From Lama guanicoe (taxonomy: Eukaryota), in the NCBI GenBank assembly GCA_013239625.1, contig MU053881.1, forward strand, positions 5,353,957 through 5,417,956: 64,000 bases of DNA, in the 5' to 3' direction. The position numbers and the translations under genes were made by a program. Each line of letters opens with the position of its first letter. The first letter of the stretch is position 1. Under the pieces are notes generated by a model that saw only the letters and a list, made by a program, of their open reading frames with translations, was not told the DNA's origin and made no database searches. Of the stretch, positions 52,111 through 64,000 are shown one piece after another.

Positions 52111-55100
52111 ACAAACCACCGGTCTCATAGAGAGCCGCCGTGGATGCCCATCCCCACTAGGGTAAAAGAACTCTAATCTGTGGGTCAGTAGCATCATCCT
52201 GACGTGACCAAAGGCCAGCAACTCAAAGCAAGTATGTCTGTATGAGAAGTTACAGTGCCTGATAGGACATAACAAAGTTCTTTAGAAAACACAGGCCTCA
52301 GGAGGAGATGGGAATTTGCACGGTTTCCTGAATCCTTGAGTGTTCCTTGCCACGTGGTGCGGGGCTCACGTCACCTCACAGGCTGATGTAAGGTGCAAGT
52401 GATGGAAACCCAACTCAGACTGGCCTAAGTAAACAGAGAGATGTGGGGAGCTGGTGTAACGGAATGTCCTGAGAGAAGGAGAATTTTGGACCTCACCCAA
52501 TTTCTTCCTCTCGTTCTGCTTTCCTCCTTCCTTGGTGTTGGCTTTATCCTCAGCTCCCACTTCGTTGCAAAATGCTCTGGGCTCAAACTCAGCAGAAAAG
52601 ACTGAAAGGTCACCTCACAGAAGTCCCAGCAAACATGGTATTGTGTTTCATCGGCTCATCTCTAAGCCAGTCAGTCAGATTGAGGAATGCGATGGCCGGT
52701 GGGCTTACCTCGTCCCCACTCCATCTCTCAGTCAAGGGGGTGAGGACTGAGACCTGAGAATAGCTGTGGTCACATGTAGAGCAGGCACTGGGGGCCATCA
52801 GAAGTCAGCCCCTCCACACACCAGCCTGCCTCTGCGCCTCACAGCTTCTCTCTGAAGGTTGGGTGATACTAGCCAGAGACGTCCTTGGTTGGACAGACCT
52901 CTCTGTTCCTGAAAATGTCAAATAGAGAATTTTCAGAGCCTGTATTCCGTTATTTTAAAGGGAGAGGGGAGATAATACTGTGCTTCTATCTGGTCTCCCC
53001 AGTGTCACCAGTCTCAAACGCCTACATTACCAACTGCCAAGGGTCATTGCATAATGGACAGCAGTTGAGACACCAGTTACCTAATTACGTAAAATATAAT
53101 GAACTCATTAGTGATGTTTTGTGTTCACTATGCAACAAAATCAAACAGTGTCACATACAAATGGTATTTTTCATCTGGTCTGCAGCAAACTTGTACCGAG
53201 TGTCAATACACCAAGAGGCTTAATGTTAAAGGTGCTAAGATACCATCTAAAATGGCCTTGGCAGGAACAGACACGGGCCGGGGAAGGGCTGACCCTGGGG
53301 AAAGGCGGGGAGGATGACAGCGGTGATGGGTAACACCTCTAAACACCCGAGCGGAGGCCAGGTCCTATATGAGGATGATGGAGGTCCACACCCCATTTCC
53401 CAGATGCACGGGTGATTTATGCAGACACATCACGACAGGCCTTTAGAGAGTAGATGTTGGGTAAACAGTTTGCAAATTGCTACTTGCTAGACTGATTTTT
53501 TTCATGCAGTGAGGGTCTCAGTTGGGGGGGGGGCTACCTGTATTTTGTTTTCAGAGGCCTCTTGCCTGCCTGGCATCTCCAAAAAGGAACAGAGAGGCAG
53601 AGGTCAACGCCACGGGTGACTGCTGTCCTAGGGACTATTGGCATCCACGGAGCAGACACCCACTTTGCACTAGCTTAGGCAGACAGAGAGAAATGGGGGT
53701 GGGCTCATGAGAGAAGGCAGGTGTGCCCCACGGAACCCAGAGCGGGGCGTGCAGCTGGCCTCACAGGGGCCCGGAACCGGCAACAGAATGACCCTCCAGG
53801 GACCAGCAGCTCCTTGGCTGTGTGTCATGTGGCCCCAAGATCTTCCATCGAGCCTGCTTCCTTTTCCCACCACCTCTCTGGATCAACTTCCTCCTCTGGC
53901 CCATGGTCCCATGTCCCCCAGACAGCACCCTCAGTCCCCGAGTTGAAGTGCCCTTCCCTGTGTCGACGCACTGGAGTTTCTCGGGGCCAATTCCAGTCTC
54001 CGGGAAGGAGCATCTGATTGTCGGCCTCTGGGGTCAGAGTCCACCCCCGAGCCTGCCAGCTGTGGCCAGAGAGGCGGGCTGGGTACAGCACCATCTGGAG
54101 GAGCGGGTTCAGTGAGAAGAGAGTAGGGAGGAGGCCCTGGCAGCCCGTGTGGAGATGTTCATTGCTGCCACTCTGCAGCCCGGGAGCCAGGCAGTGTGTG
54201 CGGAACTTGCCTGTGCCTTCGAGCTCCCTGTTCCACCGTTGTCCGGGGCTTCAGACCTTGACCTCTGCCGTTAGACAGACCTAGGTTCACACGTCAGCTC
54301 TGTGTGTTTCTGAGCCTCCGTTTCCCCATCTGCATATTAAGAAGGAAAGTGCTTTCCTCGCGTCTGTTATGACAGTTCAGTGAGTTGGGCCTCGCTCAGT
54401 AAGCACGTTAGCTGTCACCTGCTGTCCCTCTGCTCAGATGGAACTTGCAGAGGTGACGGCGTTTGGGATCGTTTGAGCCAGGGTTGGATCACGGGGCTCC
54501 CCGGCCGAAAACCTGCATTCCCTGCACTCTCCTGTCCTAACTTAACTTTCTCATTCCTACCAGCACTTAAGAGCGAGGTTTCCTTCCCCTGCTCAGCATA
54601 ATTGGCAATAATTGGGGGTTTGCTGGGACACAAAGTCATCTAAAGACAGGGCTTCAGCTGGCTTTAAAGAATCCCAGATGGGCAGCTGGAGTGGGAGCAT
54701 CATGGAATTCCAGGGGGTCCTGCCGTCCTGGAAATGGCCTGCTTCCCACCAGCCGCCCCCCGCCAACCCCATACCTGAGAGAGGGAACCTGGGGGGAAGC
54801 AGGGCAGGACCCCAGCAGCCAAAGTCGGCTGTACCCAAGGACCAGGCAAGGAGGCCAGCCCGCACGAGGCTGTGACACCCTAAAGTCGGATGATTTCATG
54901 ATTCTCCCCTCCCCTCCTGTCTATCTGGCAAGTAGCCTTGGTTTTTTTTCTGAAGTAACTTGGCTCAGAGTGTGGGGAGGGCCGAGCTTTCGTGGAGGAA
55001 CAGCTAGGCCAGTGTGGCGTAATGGAAACAGCAGAGGACTCAGGAGACCTGGGGCCCAGCCACCTGTGCTGTGTGGCCGTGAGCACACCCCTTAACCCCT

Positions 55101-55409
55101 CTGTGCCTGATTGTCCTCATCAGTAGCATGATACTAGAAACAGCTGGCACTCCTGGGGCACTGACTGCTAAGCGTCAAGATATGGTGACTCATTTAATCC
55201 TCATACCAAGCTTATCAAAAGATAACCCCAGGCTCAGAAAGGTTAAGACAGTGGCCCAAGGTCACACAGCCCATGAGCATTAGAACTCAGATTTAAAGCT
55301 GGGCTGGCGACACCAGTGTCCACAGTCTTAGCCTCTCTGCCTTCCAGTGCTCCTCTCTCTGGTGGCTACTTCACGAGACTCCTTTGGACTTAAAACTGAT
55401 GATGTGTGT

Positions 55410-55654
55410 CCGAAAGAGGCAAAGCCACAGACACAGAAAGCAGATTAGTGGTTGCCAGGAGCTGGGGGAAAGGAGAAAGGAGGAGAGACTGCTAGTGGGT
55501 ACTGGGTGTCTTTTGGGGGTGATGAAAATATTCTGGAATTAGATAGTGGTCATAGTTGCACAGCCTTGTGAATATACTATAAACCAGTAAATTGTACAAT
55601 TAAAGATGGTGAATTTTATGATATGTGAAGTATATCTCAATTTTTTTTTTGTAC
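55410..55654 (+). mobile_element. L1 (L1MB/MC-like) 3' end
   Basis: 18-bp TSD aaaactgatgatgtgtgt (55392-55409) / aaaagtgatgatgtgtgt (55655-55672). Confidence 0.85.
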
Positions 55655-57890
55655 AAAAGTGATGATGTGTGTGAGAGCAGTTTCTGGGCTGTCTGAGCGC
55701 TGAGCAAATGTCAGCTGTTGGGATTATTGATGGGCGTGGGTTGCTGCTAGGAACTGGCATGAAGATTAGAGGAGGGGATGATGCCAGTTTAATAGAGTGG
55801 CTAAGATCCTGGGCTTTGATCCAAATGCTGCCACTTCCTGGCTGTAAGGTCTTATTTTAGTCAGAACTGTTTTAGTTACAGATGACAGAAACCCAGTCAA
55901 TATGGATTATTCAAGAAGAACATTGATTAGCTAAATAGAACTGAGAAAACTAAGGGGACTTGGCTTCAGGTATGGCTGGATCTAGGGGCCACAATGTCAG
56001 TGAGATCTGCCTTTCTCTACTTCTTGGCTTTCATCGCGTGCAGGCAGGGTGTTGTCTGGTACGGTGGGGGCCACAGCTCCCAGCTGTATCCAGCAGATCA
56101 GTGACTTCAGGGGAAAAGAGAACACCCCAACAGTTTGAGCAAGTCTCATTGGTTCATCTTGGGTCAATGGCTGGGCCAGTCAGGGCCAGCCCAGGGACCG
56201 GAGCAGAATCGGCGTCACGCCAATGCATGCTAACAGGGTAGAAGGAAGCCAGAGACCTGCTGCCAAAGGAGGGGAAATGGCCTGTGGCTGACAGAAACAG
56301 TAAATGTCCCCTCTGGTGGAGGCAGGACATCCAGACAGAGGAAGCAGTCTGCAGAGAGGCCTCCTGGGATAGAAGAAAGGAGCATGACTCAGGCTCCTTT
56401 GTGAGAAAAGAGACTCAGTCACCTACGAGAAGGTCCCCTTTATAACAGTTCACCTTCCGATGTAACTTCCTAACTCTCTTGTCTTAGACAAGCTGGACCC
56501 TGGTAGTCGTGCCCTCCACCGCTGATTGACATCCGGCCACGTGTCTCATTTACGTGTGGGTGCAGGCAGTAGAGCCCTGGGCTTAGAGTGGGCAGGCCTG
56601 GTGCCAGGTCCCAGCCCTCTGTCTGACTGGCTGGCTGTGTGGCCTTGGGCAGGCCACTCACCCTCTCTGAACCTAGCCTGGGCCCACTCTGGAGAGTCCG
56701 TCAGTGGGTAGCAGAGGGAGCTGGCATCCGAGCAGGGCACTGGGCATGACCATAATGCCCAGAGAGCTGAGGGCAGCGTCTAGAAGAGTATGGTTTGGTT
56801 GAACGATGTACTGTTTACTGAAGTGCCTGTTTTATACGCCATCTCATTGAGTCCTCACGTATGGACATGAGGTCAGTGTTGTGTCCTGGTCACAGATGGG
56901 GGAAGGAGAGCTCGGAGAGGCAGTCTCGTGCCCAGAAAGCAGCATGGCTGGGATTCAGGTCCAGGCATGGGTTGAGTCTGAAGCCTTGCTCCTGACCCCT
57001 GCACCCCTGCCCCCCTGAGGTCCAGGACTGACTTCCAGTCTGTCTTCTCAGAGATAGATTTGCCTCTTAGAGTTCTCCCTGTAAGATGCAGGCGGAGTCT
57101 GTCCTGCACAGGGCTGCTCTGAGCAGGACTCGAGTCCTTCAGAGACCACTTCACCCTGTGCCAGGTGACCTTTGCCTTCTGAGTTTTCCCACTGGTTCAT
57201 TGCATCCCCCAGGCTGAGGGTCATGGTCGCCCCTGGAGCCAGGGCTTCCCTTGCAGAAGGGACAGTTAAACATTGGCTGAGCCAGACCCTAGGTATTCAA
57301 AGAGGGACCTCTGTCCCAGCCAGGGAATTCAGGCAGGGCATGCTACCTGGAGGAGGTGACATCTGAGCAAGGAGTTTTGACAGTAAGTAGGGAGTTGACC
57401 CCCCTCAGGATCGGGGGAGGGCATTCCACACAGAGGAAACCGTGTGTGCCGAAGTGCAGAGGCGTGAGAGAGCAGGACTGTTAGCTGGGCGTCGTGTGGA
57501 ATTCTGACAGTGGGGGGCACGGGGCCAGCTGGGTCACTCTGCCTGGCAGGCAGTGTTTTCTCCTGTCTTTTCCTGGAGCAGGTGTGGGAGCGGCGGAACT
57601 GAAGAGTTCTCACTCCCTGGCGGGCCCTGCCCAGCTGGGAAGACTTCCCCACCAGCTCCTAGCCAACACCTCGCCTAGGATGCCACCAGCCACATTTCCC
57701 CAAATACTGCCTTCGCTGGACCCTCAGATACACTCTTTGCCCCAGAGATTATCATCTAAAAATGGGCTGGGCCTCCCACATGCTGTACACACTCAATGGA
57801 ATATTTTTTCCCTCCTGTCTGAAAAGCCATTGCCGTATCAATGGTACATAGCTGAGAAAATACAGTAACTGCCTTTTCCACACAGTTAGC

Positions 57891-58867
57891 ACAGCCATCC
57901 CTCAGCATCCGTGGGGAATTGATTCGAGGACCTCCCCACCCCCGTGGATGCCAAAATCCATGAATGCTCAAGTTCCTCATATAAAATGGCCTAGTGTTTG
58001 CATATAACCTATATACATCCCCTTGGGGGTTTACACTGTAAACTGTCTCTAGGTTACTTACAACACCTAACACAATGTAAATGTTATGTGAATAGTATAA
58101 ATAGTTGTAAATACAATGTAAATAATTGCCAGTGGTGGCAGATTCAAGTTTTGCTTTTTTGGAATTTTCTGGAATTTTTCTCCCTCCCTGAATATTTTAA
58201 TTGAAGTATAGTCAGTTTACAATATTGGGTTAATTTCTGGTGTACAGCGTAGTGATTCAGATACATACATAGATACACACACACATACATACACACATAC
58301 ATACATACATACAGTTTTATGTGTATATATATTCATGTTCCTTTTTGTAATCTTTTTCTTATAGGCCATTATAAGGTATTGAATATAGTTCCCTGTGCTA
58401 GACAGTAGGACTTTGTTGTTTATCTATTTTATATATAGGAGTTAGTATCTGCAAATTCTGAACTCCCAATTTATCCCTCCCCACCCCACTTTCCCCCTGG
58501 TAACCATAAGTTTGTTTTCTATGTCAGTGAGTCTGTTTGGTAAATAATTTGTGTCATTTAAGATTCCACATATAAGTGATGTCATACGGTATTTTTCTTT
58601 CTCTTTCTTCACTTGGTATCTCAATCTCCAGGTCCATTCCTGTTGCTGCAAATGGCTTTATTTCATTCTTTTTATGGCTGAGTAGTATTCCATTGTATAT
58701 GTTGGCCACGTCTTTATCCAGTCATCTGTCGATGGACGTTTCGGTTGCTTCCACGTCTTGACTGTTGTAAATAGTGCAGCTATGAACACTGGTCCCCCTA
58801 AATATTTTTGATCTGCCATTGGCTGAATCTGTGGAAGTAGAACCTGAGGTTGTGGAGGGCCAACTGC
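57891..58867 (+). mobile_element. MER2-family (Tigger) element split by an L1
   Basis: cagccatccctcagcatccgtgggg...caaaatccatgaatgctcaagtt left end; ggagggccaactg right end. Confidence 0.8.
58199..58792 (-). mobile_element. L1 3' end nested in MER2, with (CATA/CA)n microsatellite
   Basis: TSD ccctgaatatttt (about 58186-58198) / ccctaaatatttt (about 58796-58808). Confidence 0.87.
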
Positions 58868-60092
58868 AGTTCTTTATTTGGAAAATAGAAAGGGACAAGA
58901 TTGTGTTGGTCAGTTGCATCTGAGCCCCAGTCCAGTCCTTTTGCTGCCACCCGGAGCAGAATTTCTCCTCCCCTCGACAGTGGCTGACAAAACGAGTTAC
59001 CCACTTTTTCATTCATTTGTTCATTCATGGATTCATTCATTCTTTGCACAAATATATACCGAGTGCCTCCCACGTACCAGTGAGGAGGTGACGGGGCAGG
59101 CCAGAGGGCAGCTCCGAAAGAGGGTCAGGCTGAGAAAATGCTGACCGGACTGGGGAGGGGCAGTCAGGAGCGGGAAGGGATGGCAGGCTCCGGGTGGCGT
59201 GTCCACCAGCAGACCAGGGCATGTCGACATTTAGACAAATCAGCTCATCAAGGGGACAGAGCCCCCAAAGACAACCAACCACATATTGCAGAGCAGGCCC
59301 AGGTATGTTGTCATGTCCTGTTCTGAGAACCCCATGGCTCCAGGCCAGCCTGCAGCTGCCCGGGGCGGTCACCCTGGCCCTTCTACTCTGCCTGCTCTGG
59401 CTTGTCTGGGACGCGGGGCCTTTGTCATACTGAGGGAATAAAGCCCTCCATCCAAGTCCAGTCCTCCGCTAACACGAACCACGTGTGGACCTCCACGCCA
59501 GCTCCACGCTGTTTTCCTTGGACAGCCGGCCTCCTTTCCCTCCACCACAAGCTGGTGTCTTGAAAACTGCTGATGGAGTGTTCTCTCATTCTCCTCGGAG
59601 CCATGTGATGTGGCAACTTGACGTGGCTCCCTCTCCCTTCCCACCCCCAACACTGACTCACTTTCCTCTTGGGTTTCCAGTCCTCCGCACCCTCCACGCC
59701 GCTTCCTTGTATTATCTGGGGGGAGGGGCACGGACTTCCCAGTTGTCCAAGGATAACGTCTACAGTTGGACTTTGCCAGGCATGTCTCTGGTCCTGCTGC
59801 TGCAGACAGCCTGGGGCTGGTGGGGGGGGGGGTCCCCACATCGTGTCTGGAAGGCTGCCTGTGCCTGCTTCAACACCTGTGGGTGCCAAGTGTGACTGTT
59901 CCCTGGAGAGGAGCCGCTTGTCGCCTGTGAACCTGGACACACTAAGACCAAACACAGAGCAGCCCGCAGACCTCTGATGTCCTTGCAAATAGCAATCAGA
60001 CAGATTGCAGTTACCACTGACAGGATGATAAAGAAAACAAAATAAAACTAGACGTGGCTAAAACATGGGGATGATGGGTATTTATAGTCCCA

Positions 60093-60308
60093 CCCTGTGC
60101 TGTCCAGTATGGTAGCCACTAGTCCTGTGAAGCTATTTATATGTAAATTTAAGTTAATTAAAATGAAATGAAATAGAAAGTTCAGTTCCTCAGTCGCAGG
60201 AGCCACATTTCAAGTGCTCGGTAGCCATCCAGGGCTAGTGGCTGCCATCAGGGAAACAGACGTAGAACATTCCATTGTGGCAGAAAGTTCTATTGGAAAA
60301 CCCAGCTC
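60093..60308. mobile_element. MER3 (hAT-Charlie)
   Basis: ctgtgctgtccagtatggtagccactag...cacatttcaagtgctc...gcagaaagttctattgga. Confidence 0.8.
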
Positions 60309-60368
60309 TAGCCACGGAGGGGACTTTGAATAGTCTGAGGAGTTTTGCCAACCTTAAGACACAGCCTC

Positions 60369-60733
60369 GTGATGGAATATTATTCAGCTTCAAAAAGGAA
60401 GGAAATTCAACACATGTTACAACACAGATGAATCTTGAAGACATGATTCTAAGTGAAGTAAGCCAGCACAAAGGACAAAGACTGATATGCAATACCTAGA
60501 ATGGTCAGATTTATAGAGACAGAAAGTAGGTTGGTGGTTGCCAAGCGCTGGGGGAAAGGAAGGGTGAGTTAGTGCTTCATGGATACAGAGTTTCAGTTTG
60601 GGTGATGAAGAGGTTCTGGAGATGGATGGTGGTGACGGTTGCCCAACAATGTGAATGTACTTAGTGCCACTTAATTGTACGTTTAAAATGGTTGAAATGA
60701 TCCATTTTATGTTATGTATGCTTAACAGTAAAA
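60369..60733 (+). mobile_element. L1MB-like 3' end
   Basis: Typical 3' UTR; direct repeat acacagcctc at 60359-60368 and 60735-60744. Confidence 0.82.
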
Positions 60734-62519
60734 CACACAGCCTCATAAAATGCCAAGAAGTATTCCCAAGTAACTCTCAGAATGTAAAATTCATTATGGG
60801 CAGAGTGCAAGGAAGGGGCATTTCTTGTTGAGCACCTAGTCCGTCCCCAGAGAGTCCACATTCTGAGTTCATTCACCCAAGCCTGCCCAGGAGGCTGTGT
60901 CCCTCGTTCTGCAGATGGTGAATCAGACTCATTGGGCGAGGTCCCTGACCAGGGACACCCAGCTGGCAGGAGGAAGCACCGGGATTCAACCCCAGGGCCG
61001 TCTGGTCCCTGGGAGACAATGTCTGTGGTTAGACTGCGCAGCGTTAAATCCTGGTCTGCGGCCTCAAATTAATAAATAACACCTGGGGAGACACTTCCCG
61101 CTCTTTGAACCCCGCTTCTCTGGGTTAAAGCCAGTTAGGACCAAGGGTGAGAGTAACTTCCTAAGACAGAGTAGTGGGAAGACTGAAATGCAGCCTGGGC
61201 AGGGTGGGGCCGCTGTAGCCAGTGTGCACATTCAGACAGGGGCTCAGTAGGAACCCAGGAGAGCGGACGTGGATGTGGTACAGTGGGAGGTTTACTGGCG
61301 CGTACCTTTTCTTAGAAGAAAAAAGTTCCCCTGAATGGTATTCCAGCATTGTCTTCCGAAGTGAAATTGAGAAGGAAAGAAGAAGATAGTGTTAGGCAAA
61401 ACCTATAATCTCAAAAAAGACTCAGCACCTGAGGCTAATTCATCACCCTGCTTTTAAAAAGAAAGCATGCTGTTCACCTGTGCATGGAATATGAAATTTA
61501 CCTCATCTCAGGCTGGTTTTTCATGGTCACATGACACTCCAAAGCCACCTAAGAGAGTAATCTTAGGGAAAAAGAATGGAATTTTGATTAAGATGCTTGC
61601 ACTGGCTGGACCACCATTTAGCGTGTGACCTCAGGTGTTCACTGTGCACCTCTTCTCCATCTGTGACATGGGGACCGTGCATTGATTTCACAGGATTATC
61701 CTGAAGGTCAGATAAAACCACATGTCTGAGAAGGAAAACTGTCAAACCAATGTTCATAGTGGTTACTAACTATTGTTTAATATTAGTGATGTGAATATTA
61801 TTAATCAGGCGTACTTGGCAAACATCTGAAGCTAACTCTTCTGCAAAAAAAAAAATTCACTCAGGTGTGTCATTGGTTTAGCTAATTTTTATTGAGTGCC
61901 TACTATGTGCCAGATTCAAAAGGGAAGCCCGCCTTTTCCAGCAAGGCCCACTGTGGCCTCCCCAGCTGCTGAATGTTGGACCAAGCATTTCCCCATCTCT
62001 GCACAGCACAGCACAGCACAGGGGCCGGTTGGAAATCACAAATAAAACCACAACTTCATGAGCAGCCCTTTAGAGCCCAAGTGGAGACTGACCCCCTAAG
62101 CAGGGGTGTCACATAAAACAGTCCTAAGGAGGCAGGGAGCTTTGTCCTGGTAAATGGCCCTGGTTCCCGAGCACTGGGGAGCAGCCCTTTCTAATTGCCT
62201 TCCTAGCATCTCAGAGGCGGGGTGATGCAATGGCAGAGAAGCCTTGGCCTTCCGTCTCCGGGCCTGCCCCTTGCTGGCCACAGGCCCATGGCAGATTTCT
62301 TCACTTCTCTGGACTTCAGTTCCTGGATAATAATGTCCATCTGGAGGAGTGTTCTGCAGAGTCCGTGAGAGCGTGTGTCTAAAGACGCTAGCCCGTGCTT
62401 GGCACGTGTGCACGTTTCTCTTCTCCCCTCCTTCAGGTCTCTCCTCCCTCCCCCTGCGTCAAACTAGCCTATTTCTCCCAGGCTACTCCAGGCTACTTTC
62501 ATTCTATCAGAGGGGCCTG

Positions 62520-63098
62520 TCTTTTATTTTAATTGACTTACAGTTGATTTGCTAATATTATATTCGTTTCAGGCATGCGATATAGTGATTCAGCATTTTT
62601 ATAGACTACACTCCATTATAAGTTATCACAAGACAGTGGCTATAATTCCCTGAGCTGCACAGCATGTCCTTGTTGCTTATCTATTTTATACGTAGTCGTT
62701 TGTATCTGTTAATCCTATACCCCTAATTTGTCCCTCCTCCCTTCCCTTTCCCCTTAGGTAACCACAAGTTGATTTTCTGTGTCTGTGAGTCTGTTTTGCA
62801 CGTACATTCATTTGTAATATTTTTTAGATTCCACGTATAAGTGTTGTCATAGTATTTGTCTTTCTCTGCCTGACTCACTTCACTGACATAGTATTTTCTA
62901 GGTGCATCCGTGTTGCTGCCAGTGGCAAGAGTTTCAGTCTTTATGTCTGAGTAGTTTTCTGCTGTGTGTGAGTGTGTGTGTGGTGTAACGTCTTAATCCA
63001 GTCGCCTGTTGATGGGCACTTAAGTTGCTTCTGTGTCTTGTCTATTGTAGGTAGCGCTGCTGTGAACATTGGGGTGCATGTGTCTTTTTGAATTAAGA
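62520..63098 (-). mobile_element. L1 3' end running into an N gap
   Basis: Homologous to the copies at 5175, 29356 and 58199; the minus-strand ORF ends LIQKDTCTPMFTAAL (ORF2 C-terminus). Confidence 0.87.
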
Positions 63099-63254
63099 NN
63101 NNNNNNNNNNNNNNNNNNNNNNNNNNNNNNNNNNNNNNNNNNNNNNNNNNNNNNNNNNNNNNNNNNNNNNNNNNNNNNNNNNNNNNNNNNNNNNNNNNNN
63201 NNNNNNNNNNNNNNNNNNNNNNNNNNNNNNNNNNNNNNNNNNNNNNNNNNNNNN
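63099..63254. other. Assembly gap (156 N)
   Basis: N run at the 5'-truncated side of an L1. Confidence 0.99.
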
Positions 63255-63391
63255 CATCCAGAGGGGCACATCTTGGGTGCCAGGGTGACTTTCTCCTTGA
63301 GGTAAAATGATGGGCAGGCTTCTCACATGCAGGCATTGCTTTGGGAGGCCCAGGACTCCCTCTTCCTCTGCTTCAATCCTGGCCTGCATAC

Positions 63392-63740
63392 TAATCAGGA
63401 TGTGTTAGGGTGTGCTGCTATGACAGATCGCCTCACTAGAGATGAGGGTTTATCTCTCACTCAGGCTACATGTCCATGGGAGGTCATCGGGGGCTTTGGC
63501 CTTCGCAGGCAGAGAAACCACACTCTGGAACATGGTCGTCACGTGGCAGACAGAGATGGAGAGCAGTGAATCAAGGACCACTCATAACTCTTCTACCCCG
63601 AAGTGAACTCACAGTTAACTGGCCACATCCTGCTTCAAGGGGGTGGGGAGGTGCGAGTCTACCACATGCTCAGGGGAAGAACCAGAAATCTGGGGACAGT
63701 TTTAATGGCTGGTGCAGCCCAGCTTTAATCCATAAAGTGA
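63392..63740. mobile_element. Old MLT1 LTR
   Basis: ggtttatctctcactc...ctggccacatcctgcttcaaggggg motifs. Confidence 0.45.
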
Positions 63741-64000
63741 CACTGGCAGCTGGTATCATGGCCAACGAAGGACGAGGCCCGTGGTGTGTCCCTTCCCCAG
63801 ACCCCACATAGCAGAGCCTGGTGATTCTGTATATCCAGTTAGATACTTCATATTAATACCTTAACATATCAGAGAGACATTTAATGCTGGCAGAAAACGT
63901 TAAAAGGTTTCCATTTCTGGTGCTCCACCCCCTCAGCAGCCTGCACCTGCCTCTCAGGGTGTTTCCTACACTCCCCTGCAATGACCAGCTTACTGTTCAG

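Noticed and set aside
51155-64000. SH3PXD2B exon 3 (expected to begin MQMLDKFP)
   Set aside because: No matching sequence found by eye; presumably beyond the window end.

Overview
Mammalian genomic DNA, very likely a camelid (alpaca/llama/camel), judged from two tRNA-derived SINEs resembling Vic-1 and artiodactyl-type L1 3' ends. The window holds the 5' part of one protein-coding gene on the + strand, SH3PXD2B (TKS4). It has a CpG-island promoter at about 22.6-23.4 kb, coding exon 1 (22919-22993), a 28 kb intron 1, coding exon 2 (51074-51154) and the start of intron 2; exon 3 is not in the window. The rest is intergenic or intronic and rich in transposable elements: many L1 fragments with readable target-site duplications (TSDs), a solo ERV LTR, MER21/MLT/LTR33-like LTRs, MIR/L2, and DNA transposon relics (MER2, MER3, MER20, MER44, MER53, MER96B, MADE2). 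There are four N gaps. Nearly all ORFs in the supplied track are spurious. The most notable items are a U6/L1 chimeric retrocopy, a second poly(A)-tailed U6 retrocopy 146 nt downstream of the exon 2 donor, a MER53 hairpin with a miR-1302-like sequence and unusually concordant arms, and an inverted SINE pair in intron 1. I found no evidence for a truly novel multi-gene system. Repeat family names come from recalled consensus sequences, and boundaries without TSDs are approximate.
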